NCBI GenBank assembly: GCA_938002965.1
Contig: CALKZY010000015.1
Coordinates: forward strand, 17,633-81,632
Reading direction: 5' to 3'
DNA: 64,000 nucleotides
Source: an uncultured Acidimicrobiales bacterium
GTDB taxonomy: Bacteria; Actinomycetota; Acidimicrobiia; Acidimicrobiales; SZUA-35
Every line of letters begins with the position of its first letter. Position 1 is the first letter of the stretch. Positions 7,629-16,600 of the stretch are shown here, one piece after another. Position numbers and translations under genes: made by a program. The notes below the pieces were generated by a model that saw only the letters and a list, made by a program, of their open reading frames with translations, was not told the origin of the DNA and did no database searches.

Positions 7629-9419
7629 ATGGCATCACCAACAACAGAACGGGAGGTAGTTCCGATGACCGGGGCAACGGCCGTCATCTACCTGCGCGTC
7701 TCGTCAGCCAGCCAAATCACTGGCCGGGACGCCGATGGGCTGTCGATTAAGGCTCAACGTGAAGCTTGCCTGAAGAAGGCTCGTGACCTCGGCGTTGAAG
7801 TTGTCGAGCAGTATGTGGACAAGGCCGAATCCGCTCGCTCGTCCAGGCGTCCAGCGTTGCAGCAGATGCTCAGCGACATGCAGAAGCGGCCGGTGGGTTA
7901 TGTCATCGTCCACAAGCTCGATCGACTGGCCCGCAATCGTGGCGACGACGTGGCCATCAATCTGGCCCTGCAACAAGCTGGCGCCAAGCTGATCAGCTGC
8001 AGCGAGAACATCGACGACTCGCCCTCAGGAATGTTGCTGCACGGCATCATGTCGACCATCGCCGAGTTCTACTCGCTGAACTTGGCTGCCGAGATCCAGA
8101 AAGGTGTCCACCAGAAGCTCAAAGCCGGGGGCACTCCGAAGCCAGCGCCATTGGGTTACCTGAACGTACGGGAGCGGAGCGAAGACGGTCGTGAAGTCCG
8201 CACGATTGCCGTCGACCCAGAGCGTGCGCCACTAGTGCGCTGGGCCTTCGAGCGCTACGCCACGGGCGAGGAGTCTCTCAAGTCCTTACAGCTGCAGCTC
8301 AACGAGCGAGGACTACGAACCCGAGCCACTCCCAAACGACCGGCCAAGGAGATCACTGTCAGCACACTGCAGTACATGCTGCGCAATCCCTATTACATCG
8401 GCATCGTGCGCTGGAAAGAAGCCGAGTACGAAGGCACTCATGAGCACCTGGTGGACAAAGACACCTTTGCCCGTGTCCAGGAGGTGCTCGACACCCATCG
8501 ACGAGGCAGGTCTGGCACCAAGGTCTGGAAGCACAAGCACTACCTGCGGGGCATGCTCACCTGTGGGCACTGCGGCTCGTCCATGGGCTTCACTCGAGCC
8601 AACGGGCGGTCAGCTACCTATGACTATTTCTTCTGTGTCGGGCGGGCCAATGCCAAGAACGGTTGCCAACAGCCATACACACCGGCCGAGCTGATCGAAC
8701 AGCACGTCGAGGAGTCATATCGGGATATCCGCCTGGACGCTGGAGCCGTCGAGAAGCTCAAAACGCTGATCGCTGAGGGTTTCAAGGCTCTACAGCAAAC
8801 CGACCAAGACAACCTTGAGCTGCAGCGGAGACGGCTACAGAAGATCGAGCGCCAACAGAAGAAGCTGCTCGATCTGCACTACGAGGAACTGATCGAGCCT
8901 GAGCTGTTCAAGGCCGAGCAGAAGCGACTCCGCGCCGAGAAGGCTGATGCCCAATCGCAGCTGCAGGCTGCAACCACGGCCGTCGATGTATTGGTCGACC
9001 AGGCCACAGCCGCTCTAGAACAACTGCGCGACTGCTACGACGCCTACCAAGCAGCCAAACCGACGCAGCGGCGCACACTAGATGCCGCCATCTACGACGG
9101 CTTCATCATCTACAACGATCAACTCAAAGAGGCCGAGCCGTCCGAAGTCACAGCCGCTCTAACCAGCCCAGATCTCATCACCACCCTGGAGCGCGAGGTA
9201 GAGGAGCTACAAAGCGCTCAGAACCTAGACGCAGCAGAAGATACTCAGACAGCCGTCTCGGTCACGACCCACGCCACTCCCCCGCCGATCACCAGCACGC
9301 ACTCACAGACCCACACCCAGAACAACAAAAACCGCGCCACCTTTTGCAAGCGACGCGGTTCGCGAATCCAGGAATTGGTGGACCGTACTGGACTTGAACC
9401 AGTGACCTCTCGCGTGTGA
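7629..9419 (+). CDS. Large serine recombinase (integrase)
   Basis: YLRVSS catalytic Ser, VHKLDRLARN, recombinase domain (PLGY, LRNPYYIG, HEHLV), Zn ribbon CGHC...C...C, coiled coil; AAAGGAGG RBS. Confidence 0.95.
   Translation: MASPTTEREVVPMTGATAVIYLRVSSASQITGRDADGLSIKAQREACLKKARDLGVEVVEQYVDKAESARSSRRPALQQMLSDMQKRPVGYVIVHKLDRLARNRGDDVAINLALQQAGAKLISCSENIDDSPSGMLLHGIMSTIAEFYSLNLAAEIQKGVHQKLKAGGTPKPAPLGYLNVRERSEDGREVRTIAVDPERAPLVRWAFERYATGEESLKSLQLQLNERGLRTRATPKRPAKEITVSTLQYMLRNPYYIGIVRWKEAEYEGTHEHLVDKDTFARVQEVLDTHRRGRSGTKVWKHKHYLRGMLTCGHCGSSMGFTRANGRSATYDYFFCVGRANAKNGCQQPYTPAELIEQHVEESYRDIRLDAGAVEKLKTLIAEGFKALQQTDQDNLELQRRRLQKIERQQKKLLDLHYEELIEPELFKAEQKRLRAEKADAQSQLQAATTAVDVLVDQATAALEQLRDCYDAYQAAKPTQRRTLDAAIYDGFIIYNDQLKEAEPSEVTAALTSPDLITTLEREVEELQSAQNLDAAEDTQTAVSVTTHATPPPITSTHSQTHTQNNKNRATFCKRRGSRIQELVDRTGLEPVTSRV
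9321..9360 (-). terminator. Intrinsic terminator downstream of tRNA-Val(CAC), inside the recombinase ORF
   Basis: Minus strand AACCGCGTCGC-loop-GTGGCGCGGTT followed by TTTGTTGTT. Confidence 0.65.
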
Positions 9420-9452
9420 GGCGAGCGCTCTAGCCAACTGAGCTAACGGTCC
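9376..9452 (-). tRNA. tRNA-Val (anticodon CAC)
   Basis: GGACCGTTAGCTCAGTTGGCTAGAGCG CTCGC-CTCACAC-GCGAG AGGTCACTGGTTCAAGTCCAGTACGGTCCACCA; full cloverleaf with encoded CCA. Confidence 0.97.
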
Positions 9453-9585
9453 TCGAATTGACACGTTAGCTTATCTTTCGGCCACCCGATTGTGCGGCCG
9501 GATGAACACCGACCGGGGAATGAGAGCATGACCGCCGGCGGTTACGGTAGCGATCAACGAACGACGTGAAAGTAGACAACGCACC

Positions 9586-10014
9586 ATGGCCAAGATCACT
9601 GCCGAACTCATCGACGGCTACCGGGTTGACATCACCAATGGGACGCACACCTGGAGGGCCGACGAACCCGCCGACCTAGGCGGGGACGACACCGGCCCCA
9701 ACCCCTACGATCTTCTCTTGGGCTCACTAGCGGCCTGCACCACTATCACCTTGACGATGTACGCCAAACGCAAGGAAATCGACATCACCTCGCTGTCAGT
9801 GTCCTACAGCCACGAACGGGTCCACGCCAAAGATTGCGAGCAGTGTGATGAGTCCCACTCCGGCATGGTCGACCGCATCAGCTCGAAGATCTTCATTGAC
9901 GGCAATTTCGATGAGGCCACCCGAGCCAGGCTGACCGATATCGCTCAGCGGTGCCCGGTTCACAAGACACTGGCCAGTGGCGTTGTCTTCGACGAAACCA
10001 TCTACGCTGGCTGA
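9586..10014 (+). CDS. OsmC/YhfA family protein
   Basis: ADEP..GG.DTGPNPYDLLL..LAAC and RCPVHKTL. Confidence 0.9.
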   Translation: MAKITAELIDGYRVDITNGTHTWRADEPADLGGDDTGPNPYDLLLGSLAACTTITLTMYAKRKEIDITSLSVSYSHERVHAKDCEQCDESHSGMVDRISSKIFIDGNFDEATRARLTDIAQRCPVHKTLASGVVFDETIYAG

Positions 10015-10084
10015 ACCCGACGGCCCCACGTCCACCTCGCCGGCGACTAGGCCTACACCGAGCTAGCGAGGAGCGAAGGCGACA

Positions 10085-10681
10085 CTAGTCGTCGTATTCT
10101 TCAGCGCCCATCTGACAACGCACGTACAGCTTGGACGTCGGATCCAGACTGTCGTGACCATGCCACTCAGTCTCCGACATGTTGGCTTCGATGTCGGCCT
10201 TGACGGCATCGTCTTGATGGTCGATGTAAAGCTTCCCGGCCAAATGATCTGCCTCATGCTGAAAGCAACGTGAACGAAGCCCGTCGCCGTCATAGACGAT
10301 CTCGTTGCCGTCTTTGTCCTGGCCGCGGACCCGGCAGCGCTCGAAGCGAACAGTGTCCAAATCAAACCCGGGAAGAGACAGGCAACCTTCGGAACCGGAC
10401 TGGAACTCCATTCCGATGCGCTCAATCACGGGATTGATGACATAGCCGACCACGCCGTCACGGCAATCGAAAACAAAGGCGCTCTCCGAGCGACCAATCT
10501 GATTGGCAGCCAGGCCGACACCAACATCGATGGAGTACATCGTGTCAAACAACTGATCGACCAAAGCCTCGACGGACTTATCGAACACGGTGATTGGTGT
10601 GGCGGCCTGACGAAGAATCGGGTTGCCCCACAGGGTGATCACCTTCGGACTGCGTCCCGGAAGAGAGAGTTTCTTGATCAC
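10085..10681 (-). CDS. def: Peptide deformylase
   Basis: GVGLAANQ, EGCLS, QHEADHL. Confidence 0.95.
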   Translation of the reverse strand: MIKKLSLPGRSPKVITLWGNPILRQAATPITVFDKSVEALVDQLFDTMYSIDVGVGLAANQIGRSESAFVFDCRDGVVGYVINPVIERIGMEFQSGSEGCLSLPGFDLDTVRFERCRVRGQDKDGNEIVYDGDGLRSRCFQHEADHLAGKLYIDHQDDAVKADIEANMSETEWHGHDSLDPTSKLYVRCQMGAEEYDD

Positions 10682-10704
10682 AGTTTGAGAGCTTACAACC
10701 GTGG

Positions 10705-11388
10705 TCAGCGTCTGCGGGCCACGACCAGGTGATCAATGGCCCGAACAGCAGTCTCAACGCCACGTTCGTCGGCTACAGATAGATCCCGGTAGACCAGTTC
10801 AGCCCGGGTCACTTCAAGGCCTGAGGCAGTCAGGAGATCTCTCAGCTCATCAGGCGTGGTCAGCAGTTCCGGGTTCTGCGGGCCACCGTGCCCGTGATCG
10901 ATATTGGACCGGTCATGGCTCACCACGATCATGGCACCGCCGTCGGCGACCGCTTCGGCGGAGCGGCGGAGGAACGGTTCTCGCTGTGGCCCACCCCAGT
11001 GCAGATAGACATGGGCAACCACGTCGTAGGAGTGCACACCCAGGTCCCAGCTCTCAAGGTCAGCAATCTGCCAGTTGACCGTAATCCCCCGCTCGGCGGC
11101 AGCAGCGCTGCCGCGCTCAACCCCAACGCTGGAAAAGTCAACAGCGGTCACATCCCAACCGCGCTCGGCCAACCACACAGCGTTGCGACCCTCGCCACAG
11201 GCCAAGTCAAGCGCTTTGCGCCCGGACGGGGTGTCCCCGACCTCAAGATCGGCCACTGCCTCGGCGAAGAACTGATTGGGATCGACACTCCACTGGCGTC
11301 CCTCGCCATACCGGCCGTCCCAATCCGTCGCCGTCATAACCTTTGACCGGCCAACCTTGTGACCCGACTCAGTCGATCCTCCACTCAC
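10705..11388 (-). CDS. Class I SAM-dependent methyltransferase (start probably ATG 11337)
   Basis: ALDLACGEGRN, VTAVDFS. Confidence 0.9.
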   Translation of the reverse strand: MSGGSTESGHKVGRSKVMTATDWDGRYGEGRQWSVDPNQFFAEAVADLEVGDTPSGRKALDLACGEGRNAVWLAERGWDVTAVDFSSVGVERGSAAAAERGITVNWQIADLESWDLGVHSYDVVAHVYLHWGGPQREPFLRRSAEAVADGGAMIVVSHDRSNIDHGHGGPQNPELLTTPDELRDLLTASGLEVTRAELVYRDLSVADERGVETAVRAIDHLVVARRR

Positions 11389-11422
11389 GGTCTACTCCCC
11401 CTGTGAACTAGCCGGACGACGC

Positions 11423-12124
11423 TTAGACCGCCGCCAGGCAAACAAATACGCCATTGGTCAACTCGATCTCGGTCCTGGTGGCCGTCGGACACACACCGTC
11501 ACCCAGGTGGGCCCCGATGACCTTGCCGTCAGCAGTCGCCGTGCACGGAACCTCAAGCAGGGCCGGGCCGGAAATGACGTCGACACAATCGTTGGCCTCG
11601 ATTCCGGTACCGAGCGACGGTCCGGGCACTGTCGTCGAGGTTGGACCTCGAACCTGGTCGCTGGCATAGGCGGTGAACACGAATATCCCGACCAGCAACG
11701 TCAAAACGGCTACGACCGGAAACACGCGAATGGCGACCGAACTTCGATTCGAGATCTCATCGAACTGGGCTTGACGACGAGCAGCCAGAAAGTCCGGGTC
11801 CAGCAGGCGGGGATCGATGCGAGTAATGCCGTCATCCACCCGAATACCACTGACCGAAGCATCAAGTGAGGACCGGCCGTCCAACTCCTGGTCATAGAGG
11901 ATGCGTCGATCGCTGTCACCCAGCGTCTCCCACGCCTGATTGACACGGCGCATCGCCTGTTCTGCCCGTTCGGCATCCTCGGGGCTGCGACCGACAAAAC
12001 GATCAGGATGCCACTTGCGAGCGGCGGCCACATAGGCCCGCCGGACCTCGTCTTGCGGCACTCCGCGAGGGACGCCGAGAATCTCGTAGTGTGTTCGAGT
12101 CTTGCCTGCCATCAGCGATGACAC
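11423..12124 (-). CDS. J-domain (DnaJ-like) membrane protein
   Basis: HYEILGV...WHPD J-domain; one TM; Cys-containing C-terminal domain. Confidence 0.85.
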   Translation of the reverse strand: MSSLMAGKTRTHYEILGVPRGVPQDEVRRAYVAAARKWHPDRFVGRSPEDAERAEQAMRRVNQAWETLGDSDRRILYDQELDGRSSLDASVSGIRVDDGITRIDPRLLDPDFLAARRQAQFDEISNRSSVAIRVFPVVAVLTLLVGIFVFTAYASDQVRGPTSTTVPGPSLGTGIEANDCVDVISGPALLEVPCTATADGKVIGAHLGDGVCPTATRTEIELTNGVFVCLAAV

Positions 12125-12225
12125 CGGCCCGATTCGTCAGATCGAACGCCTTGGCAGGAGGCGACACGGGTGCCAGTGCAGGCCACAAAACTCACCCATA
12201 CAGCCTACCTTGCAGGTGGTACACG

Positions 12226-12251
12226 TGATCGGCCGCAGTAGCGGCCGATCA
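12226..12251. terminator. Perfect 11-bp hairpin, probable terminator
   Basis: TGATCGGCCGC-AGTA-GCGGCCGATCA just downstream of the 12278-13006 gene; no U tract. Confidence 0.45.
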
Positions 12252-12277
12252 TCTCGGCAACCCAACAGGTCGTAAAT

Positions 12278-13006
12278 CTACTCGACCCGACGAATTCGTC
12301 CGGCTAGATCAGTGGCGGACGAAACCACAGGCGGCCAATGACCGACCGACAGTGCATAAGCGCTGGCGAGGACACAGCTGACAACAGCCAAGCTGCGAGC
12401 TAAGGTCGTGGCACCGAGCAACGCTATTCCCATCCAAGACTCCGGACTCCAGCTAAGCCAGCCAACCGTCATCTCCAGTGTTAGACAGAAGGCAAAGCCG
12501 GCCAGTGGCTGAGCAGCAGACAGTGAGGTGGTCAAGAGCCAACGCGGCAGACCGCATCCTGCCGCCAAAGCGCAGCAGGCAACCAAGATTCGGATACCGT
12601 CTTGCGCCGCTCCCCCGACGAAGGTGAACGGTGCAAAGGCAATCGCCCCGGCCAACCCGACGGCATGCAGCCTCCAGCCAATCACTCCACTACCCAACGA
12701 GCGAAACGTCGGCAGAGCAATAGTGGATCGAACCAGCCATATGGCCCCGACCAGAACGGTGAACACCGACAGTGTGGCGAAGAGCGCCCGGCTGAAAATC
12801 ATCGAGTCCTGAAACCCGCTCAGCTCAGACGGCTGTCTCAGTATCGCCGTCGATGCTACAAACATCGCTGATGCTGGCCCAGCCCACAACAGGATGAGAA
12901 AGCGGAACACCTCGCGAATGCCTAGATGCTGTGTCCACTCTTCAATTGCGCACTCGGGGTCAACGGTAACCGCCGACCCCTCCACTTCTCCACTTTTGAT
13001 CGCCAC
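12278..13006 (-). CDS. Hypothetical multi-TM membrane protein
   Basis: About six hydrophobic segments. Confidence 0.6.
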   Translation of the reverse strand: MAIKSGEVEGSAVTVDPECAIEEWTQHLGIREVFRFLILLWAGPASAMFVASTAILRQPSELSGFQDSMIFSRALFATLSVFTVLVGAIWLVRSTIALPTFRSLGSGVIGWRLHAVGLAGAIAFAPFTFVGGAAQDGIRILVACCALAAGCGLPRWLLTTSLSAAQPLAGFAFCLTLEMTVGWLSWSPESWMGIALLGATTLARSLAVVSCVLASAYALSVGHWPPVVSSATDLAGRIRRVE

Positions 13007-13086
13007 TGAATAGCATTCGGCGGATATCGAGGTCGCTTTATCTCAAATTGATGTCGATCCATCTTGAAAGCCCAAAGGTCCGGCCG

Positions 13087-13959
13087 TCACGACAAAGAGA
13101 TGCCGACCGCCAGCAGCAATCCGGCCACCAACTGGGTCCGACCGGTCATGGCCAGAGCGGTGATCAGATCCCGGCCCGCCGCACCACCCAGAACGGAACG
13201 GGCAGGTTCCGCCGCCAACAAGACACCGACCAGAGCAATGAATGACATCGAAGCCGACAGCGAGCAGAGGATTATGAACCCGGCAACAGCGACGAGCAGG
13301 CCGACGTAGAACAACCGAGTTGGCCGGTCGCCCATGCGCACCGCCAGCGTCCGTTTACCTGCAGGTTGATCGGTGGGAATGTCTCGCAGATTGTTGATCA
13401 CTAGCAACGCCACAGCCAACAGACCCACCGGTACCGATGCCAAAAGACCGAACGATGATATGGACTCGGTGTGGACGTAGGTCGACCCGACAGTGGCGAC
13501 CACGCCGAAGAAGACGAAGACGAAGACCTCGCCCAGGCCGTAGTAGCCGTACGGATTTGGACCACCGGTATAAGCCCAGCCAGCCGCCATCGAAACCGCG
13601 CCGACCACGATTAGCTCTGGGCCCACAACCCAGGCCAACAAGAGCCCGGCCAGACCGGCAACTCCGAAACTGATCAGTGCTGCGGTCTTTACATCTTGTG
13701 ATGACACCGCCCCGGCACCAACCAGCCGGGGAGGGCCCAGCCGGTTACTGTCGGTTCCACGATCGCCGTCTGCGTAATCGTTGACGAAATTGGTGGCGAC
13801 CTGCAAGGCCAGCGATACCACCATGGCCGCTCCTGCTCGCCACCAAGTAATCGAGGCGCCCTCGACCTGGGTAACGGCGGCTGTACCAACCGCCACGGGG
13901 ACCACCGCGGCGGGCAGCGTGCGAAGTCGTGCGCCTTGTACCCAATGTGAGAAGTCCAT
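13087..13959 (-). CDS. menA: 1,4-dihydroxy-2-naphthoate polyprenyltransferase
   Basis: ARLRTLPA, NDYADG.RGTD, NNLRDIPTD..AGKRTL. Confidence 0.95.
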   Translation of the reverse strand: MDFSHWVQGARLRTLPAAVVPVAVGTAAVTQVEGASITWWRAGAAMVVSLALQVATNFVNDYADGDRGTDSNRLGPPRLVGAGAVSSQDVKTAALISFGVAGLAGLLLAWVVGPELIVVGAVSMAAGWAYTGGPNPYGYYGLGEVFVFVFFGVVATVGSTYVHTESISSFGLLASVPVGLLAVALLVINNLRDIPTDQPAGKRTLAVRMGDRPTRLFYVGLLVAVAGFIILCSLSASMSFIALVGVLLAAEPARSVLGGAAGRDLITALAMTGRTQLVAGLLLAVGISLS

Positions 13960-13986
13960 CGGCCCGCCAGTCTAGTGGTCGGTGCT

Positions 13987-15363
13987 CTAGCCCGATTGCC
14001 GATCGACCAATAGCTCGGCCAGACGCTCCAGGCCCGCCACCCGACTGGCCTTGACTAGAACCGCAGTTGTGGAGTCGACCGAACCGACGAGTTCGGCCGC
14101 GCCGTCGATTCCGTCCACGTGCCGGGCACGATCGCCATAAGCCGGAGAAGCCACCGCCACGACCTCAATCCCGGCATCAACAGCCTCCTGAGTGACAGCT
14201 AGGTGCTCACGTTCACCTTCGACACCAAGCTCGGCCATTTCCCCAACAACAGCCACGCGACGCTTAGCCGGCACGGCAGCGAGGGCGTTCAAGGCGGCCC
14301 GCATCGATGTCGGATTGGCGTTGTAGGCGTCATTGATTACCACGCCACCTTCGGCTGCCACGTCGACCTCCATCCTCCACGGCGACAAGACGGCGCTGGC
14401 AACCTGGCGGCAGGCTTCATCGAAGTCCACTCCGGCGGCCACCGCTGCGGCCACCGCTGTCGTAGCGTTGATGGCCATATGGGCGCCTCTGGCGTCGAGA
14501 GTCACCTGGTTCGTTCGATTATTGTGGGTGATGACAAAGGTCGGCCGCAGCCCGGAGTCCACCTCGATGTCGCTCACGGCGAACGACGGCTGATCGTCAC
14601 CGTTGTCTCCAGAAGAACCAAAGGTAAGCACCTGGGCGGTCGTACGATCACCCATCGCCAGAACGTGTGGGTTGTCGGCATTGAGGACCGCTGCCCCCTC
14701 GGTCGGCAGTGACTCGATCAACTCACCTTTGCCTAGGGCCACATCTTCGATAGACCCAAACAACTCGGAGTGGACAAGGGCAACAGTGGTGATCACGCCA
14801 ACAGAGGGAGAGGCTATGTCGCACAAATAGGAGATGTGGCCGAGCCCGCGTGCGCCCATTTCCACCACAGCCAGCTCCACGTCATCGGGAGCATTGATCA
14901 ACGTCAGCGGAACCCCGATTTCGTTGTTGAACGACTTGTCCGCCGCCCACACCGAGGCGAACATCGACCCACTACAGGCCGCCCGAGTCAGATCTTTGAC
15001 CGACGTCTTGCCGACACTCCCGGTGATACCGATCACAGGACCCGTGATGCGACTTCGGGCCGCTCGGCCCAGAGCGGCCAACGCCAGTTCGGTATCGGCG
15101 ACCCGAATCACGGCGGCACCGTCGGGCATAGAGGCCAGCTCGTCGTTGGCTAGGTGGCGACTAACGACAACGGCTGATGCGCCAGCCAGCGCGGCGGCAG
15201 GAACAAAATCGTGCCCATCACGCTCAGCTACGAGAGCAAAGAATGCCGAACCGGTCTTCAACTCGCGACTGTCGATGTCGGCACCATCAACACGAACATT
15301 GAGTTCACCCCGGTCGAGATGACCGTCCATGGCATCAACCAGCTCACCAACAGAGAAACGCAT
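13987..15363 (-). CDS. murF: UDP-MurNAc-tripeptide:D-Ala-D-Ala ligase
   Basis: ITGSVGKTS, SFNNEIGVP, INDAYNANP, LVKASR. Confidence 0.95.
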   Translation of the reverse strand: MRFSVGELVDAMDGHLDRGELNVRVDGADIDSRELKTGSAFFALVAERDGHDFVPAAALAGASAVVVSRHLANDELASMPDGAAVIRVADTELALAALGRAARSRITGPVIGITGSVGKTSVKDLTRAACSGSMFASVWAADKSFNNEIGVPLTLINAPDDVELAVVEMGARGLGHISYLCDIASPSVGVITTVALVHSELFGSIEDVALGKGELIESLPTEGAAVLNADNPHVLAMGDRTTAQVLTFGSSGDNGDDQPSFAVSDIEVDSGLRPTFVITHNNRTNQVTLDARGAHMAINATTAVAAAVAAGVDFDEACRQVASAVLSPWRMEVDVAAEGGVVINDAYNANPTSMRAALNALAAVPAKRRVAVVGEMAELGVEGEREHLAVTQEAVDAGIEVVAVASPAYGDRARHVDGIDGAAELVGSVDSTTAVLVKASRVAGLERLAELLVDRQSG

Positions 15364-15501
15364 GGGTATTGTCTAGCTCAACCCCTGCCCGTTGGCTTGG
15401 ACCCGCTGTTCAAACCCTTGGCTCAGCCGCCCCGGGCCGAGACGTCACCGATTGCGGTGCATTGCCCACACGTCACCAGCGCCGACTATTAGTCTGATTC
15501 C

Positions 15502-16599
15502 GTGGTCTCAAACGAACGTCCCATCCGACTACTGGTTCTCTTCGGCGGCCAATCGGCCGAGCACGATGTCTCTTGCATGACGGCTGCCCACGTATTGGCC
15601 GCCGCCGATCGAAGCCGGTATCAGATTGAAGCGATCGGCATCACACGAGAAGGACAGTTCGTCGCAGTCGACAGCCTGTCCGAGATCGAGCCCGGTGCTG
15701 AAGTCAAAGCCCTCGAACCGGTCGGTGCCGCGACTCAACTCGGTGCCCGTCAATTGACCGCACAGCCGGACGACCCGGCACAACAAGTGGTCGTTCTCCC
15801 GCTGCTCCACGGCCCACTGGGCGAAGACGGCACAATTCAAGGCCTTTGTGAACTAGCCAATGTCCCCTACGTCGGTGCCGGCGTACTCGGATCAGCAGTC
15901 ACGATGGACAAGGCGATGGCCAAGACCGTGCTCGACGCCCACGGCCTTCCCCAGACCAAGTGGAAAGCGTTTACTGAGGCCGACGTTGCTGCCCGACAAC
16001 AAGAAGTCATCGAAGAAATCGAGACGGATCTAGGCCTCCCCTGTTTCGTGAAACCCGCCAATATGGGATCGTCGGTCGGAGTCAGCAAGGCATCCACCCG
16101 CGACGAGCTGACGACCGCCCTTACTACCGCATTTCGCTACGACGAGGTACTGGTTGTCGAAGAGGCCGTCGACGCACGCGAGATCGAGCTGTCAGTACTG
16201 GGCAACGACAATCTTGACGTCTCGGTTCCCGGCGAAATCGTCCCCGGAGCCGATTTCTACCACTATGAAGACAAGTACCACGACGGAGCAGCCGAGCTGA
16301 TCATTCCGGCCGAGTTGCCCGACGGAGTCACCGGTGAGCTCCAGGAGTTGGCAAAGCAGGCATACCGCTGCCTGCGAGTGGAGGGTTTGGCCCGGGCCGA
16401 CTTCCTCTACGAGCAGGGAGGCCGAGGTGCTCTCATCAACGAGTTGAACACCATTCCGGGCTTCACCCCGATCTCCATGTATCCGAAGCTTTGGGAGGCC
16501 AGCGGCCTCTCCTATGGGGACCTCATTGACCGACTGGTTGATCTAGCCGTCGCGCGCCACCAACGACGAAGCTCCAAGCGAACCACAGCACGTTCGTAG
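15502..16599 (+). CDS. ddl: D-alanine--D-alanine ligase
   Basis: FGGQSAEH, LHGPLGEDG, GSSVG, NELNTIPGFT. Confidence 0.97.
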   Translation: MVSNERPIRLLVLFGGQSAEHDVSCMTAAHVLAAADRSRYQIEAIGITREGQFVAVDSLSEIEPGAEVKALEPVGAATQLGARQLTAQPDDPAQQVVVLPLLHGPLGEDGTIQGLCELANVPYVGAGVLGSAVTMDKAMAKTVLDAHGLPQTKWKAFTEADVAARQQEVIEEIETDLGLPCFVKPANMGSSVGVSKASTRDELTTALTTAFRYDEVLVVEEAVDAREIELSVLGNDNLDVSVPGEIVPGADFYHYEDKYHDGAAELIIPAELPDGVTGELQELAKQAYRCLRVEGLARADFLYEQGGRGALINELNTIPGFTPISMYPKLWEASGLSYGDLIDRLVDLAVARHQRRSSKRTTARS

Positions 16600-16600
16600 C

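Larger units (their letters stand above)
1..9419. mobile_element. Integrative mobilisable/conjugative element (VirD4-like ATPase, Replic_Relax relaxase, ArdA, large serine recombinase) abutting the 3' end of tRNA-Val(CAC); left end outside window
   Basis: Gene set and order; the recombinase ends inside the tRNA; housekeeping genes resume at 9586. The partner att site is not visible. Confidence 0.8.
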
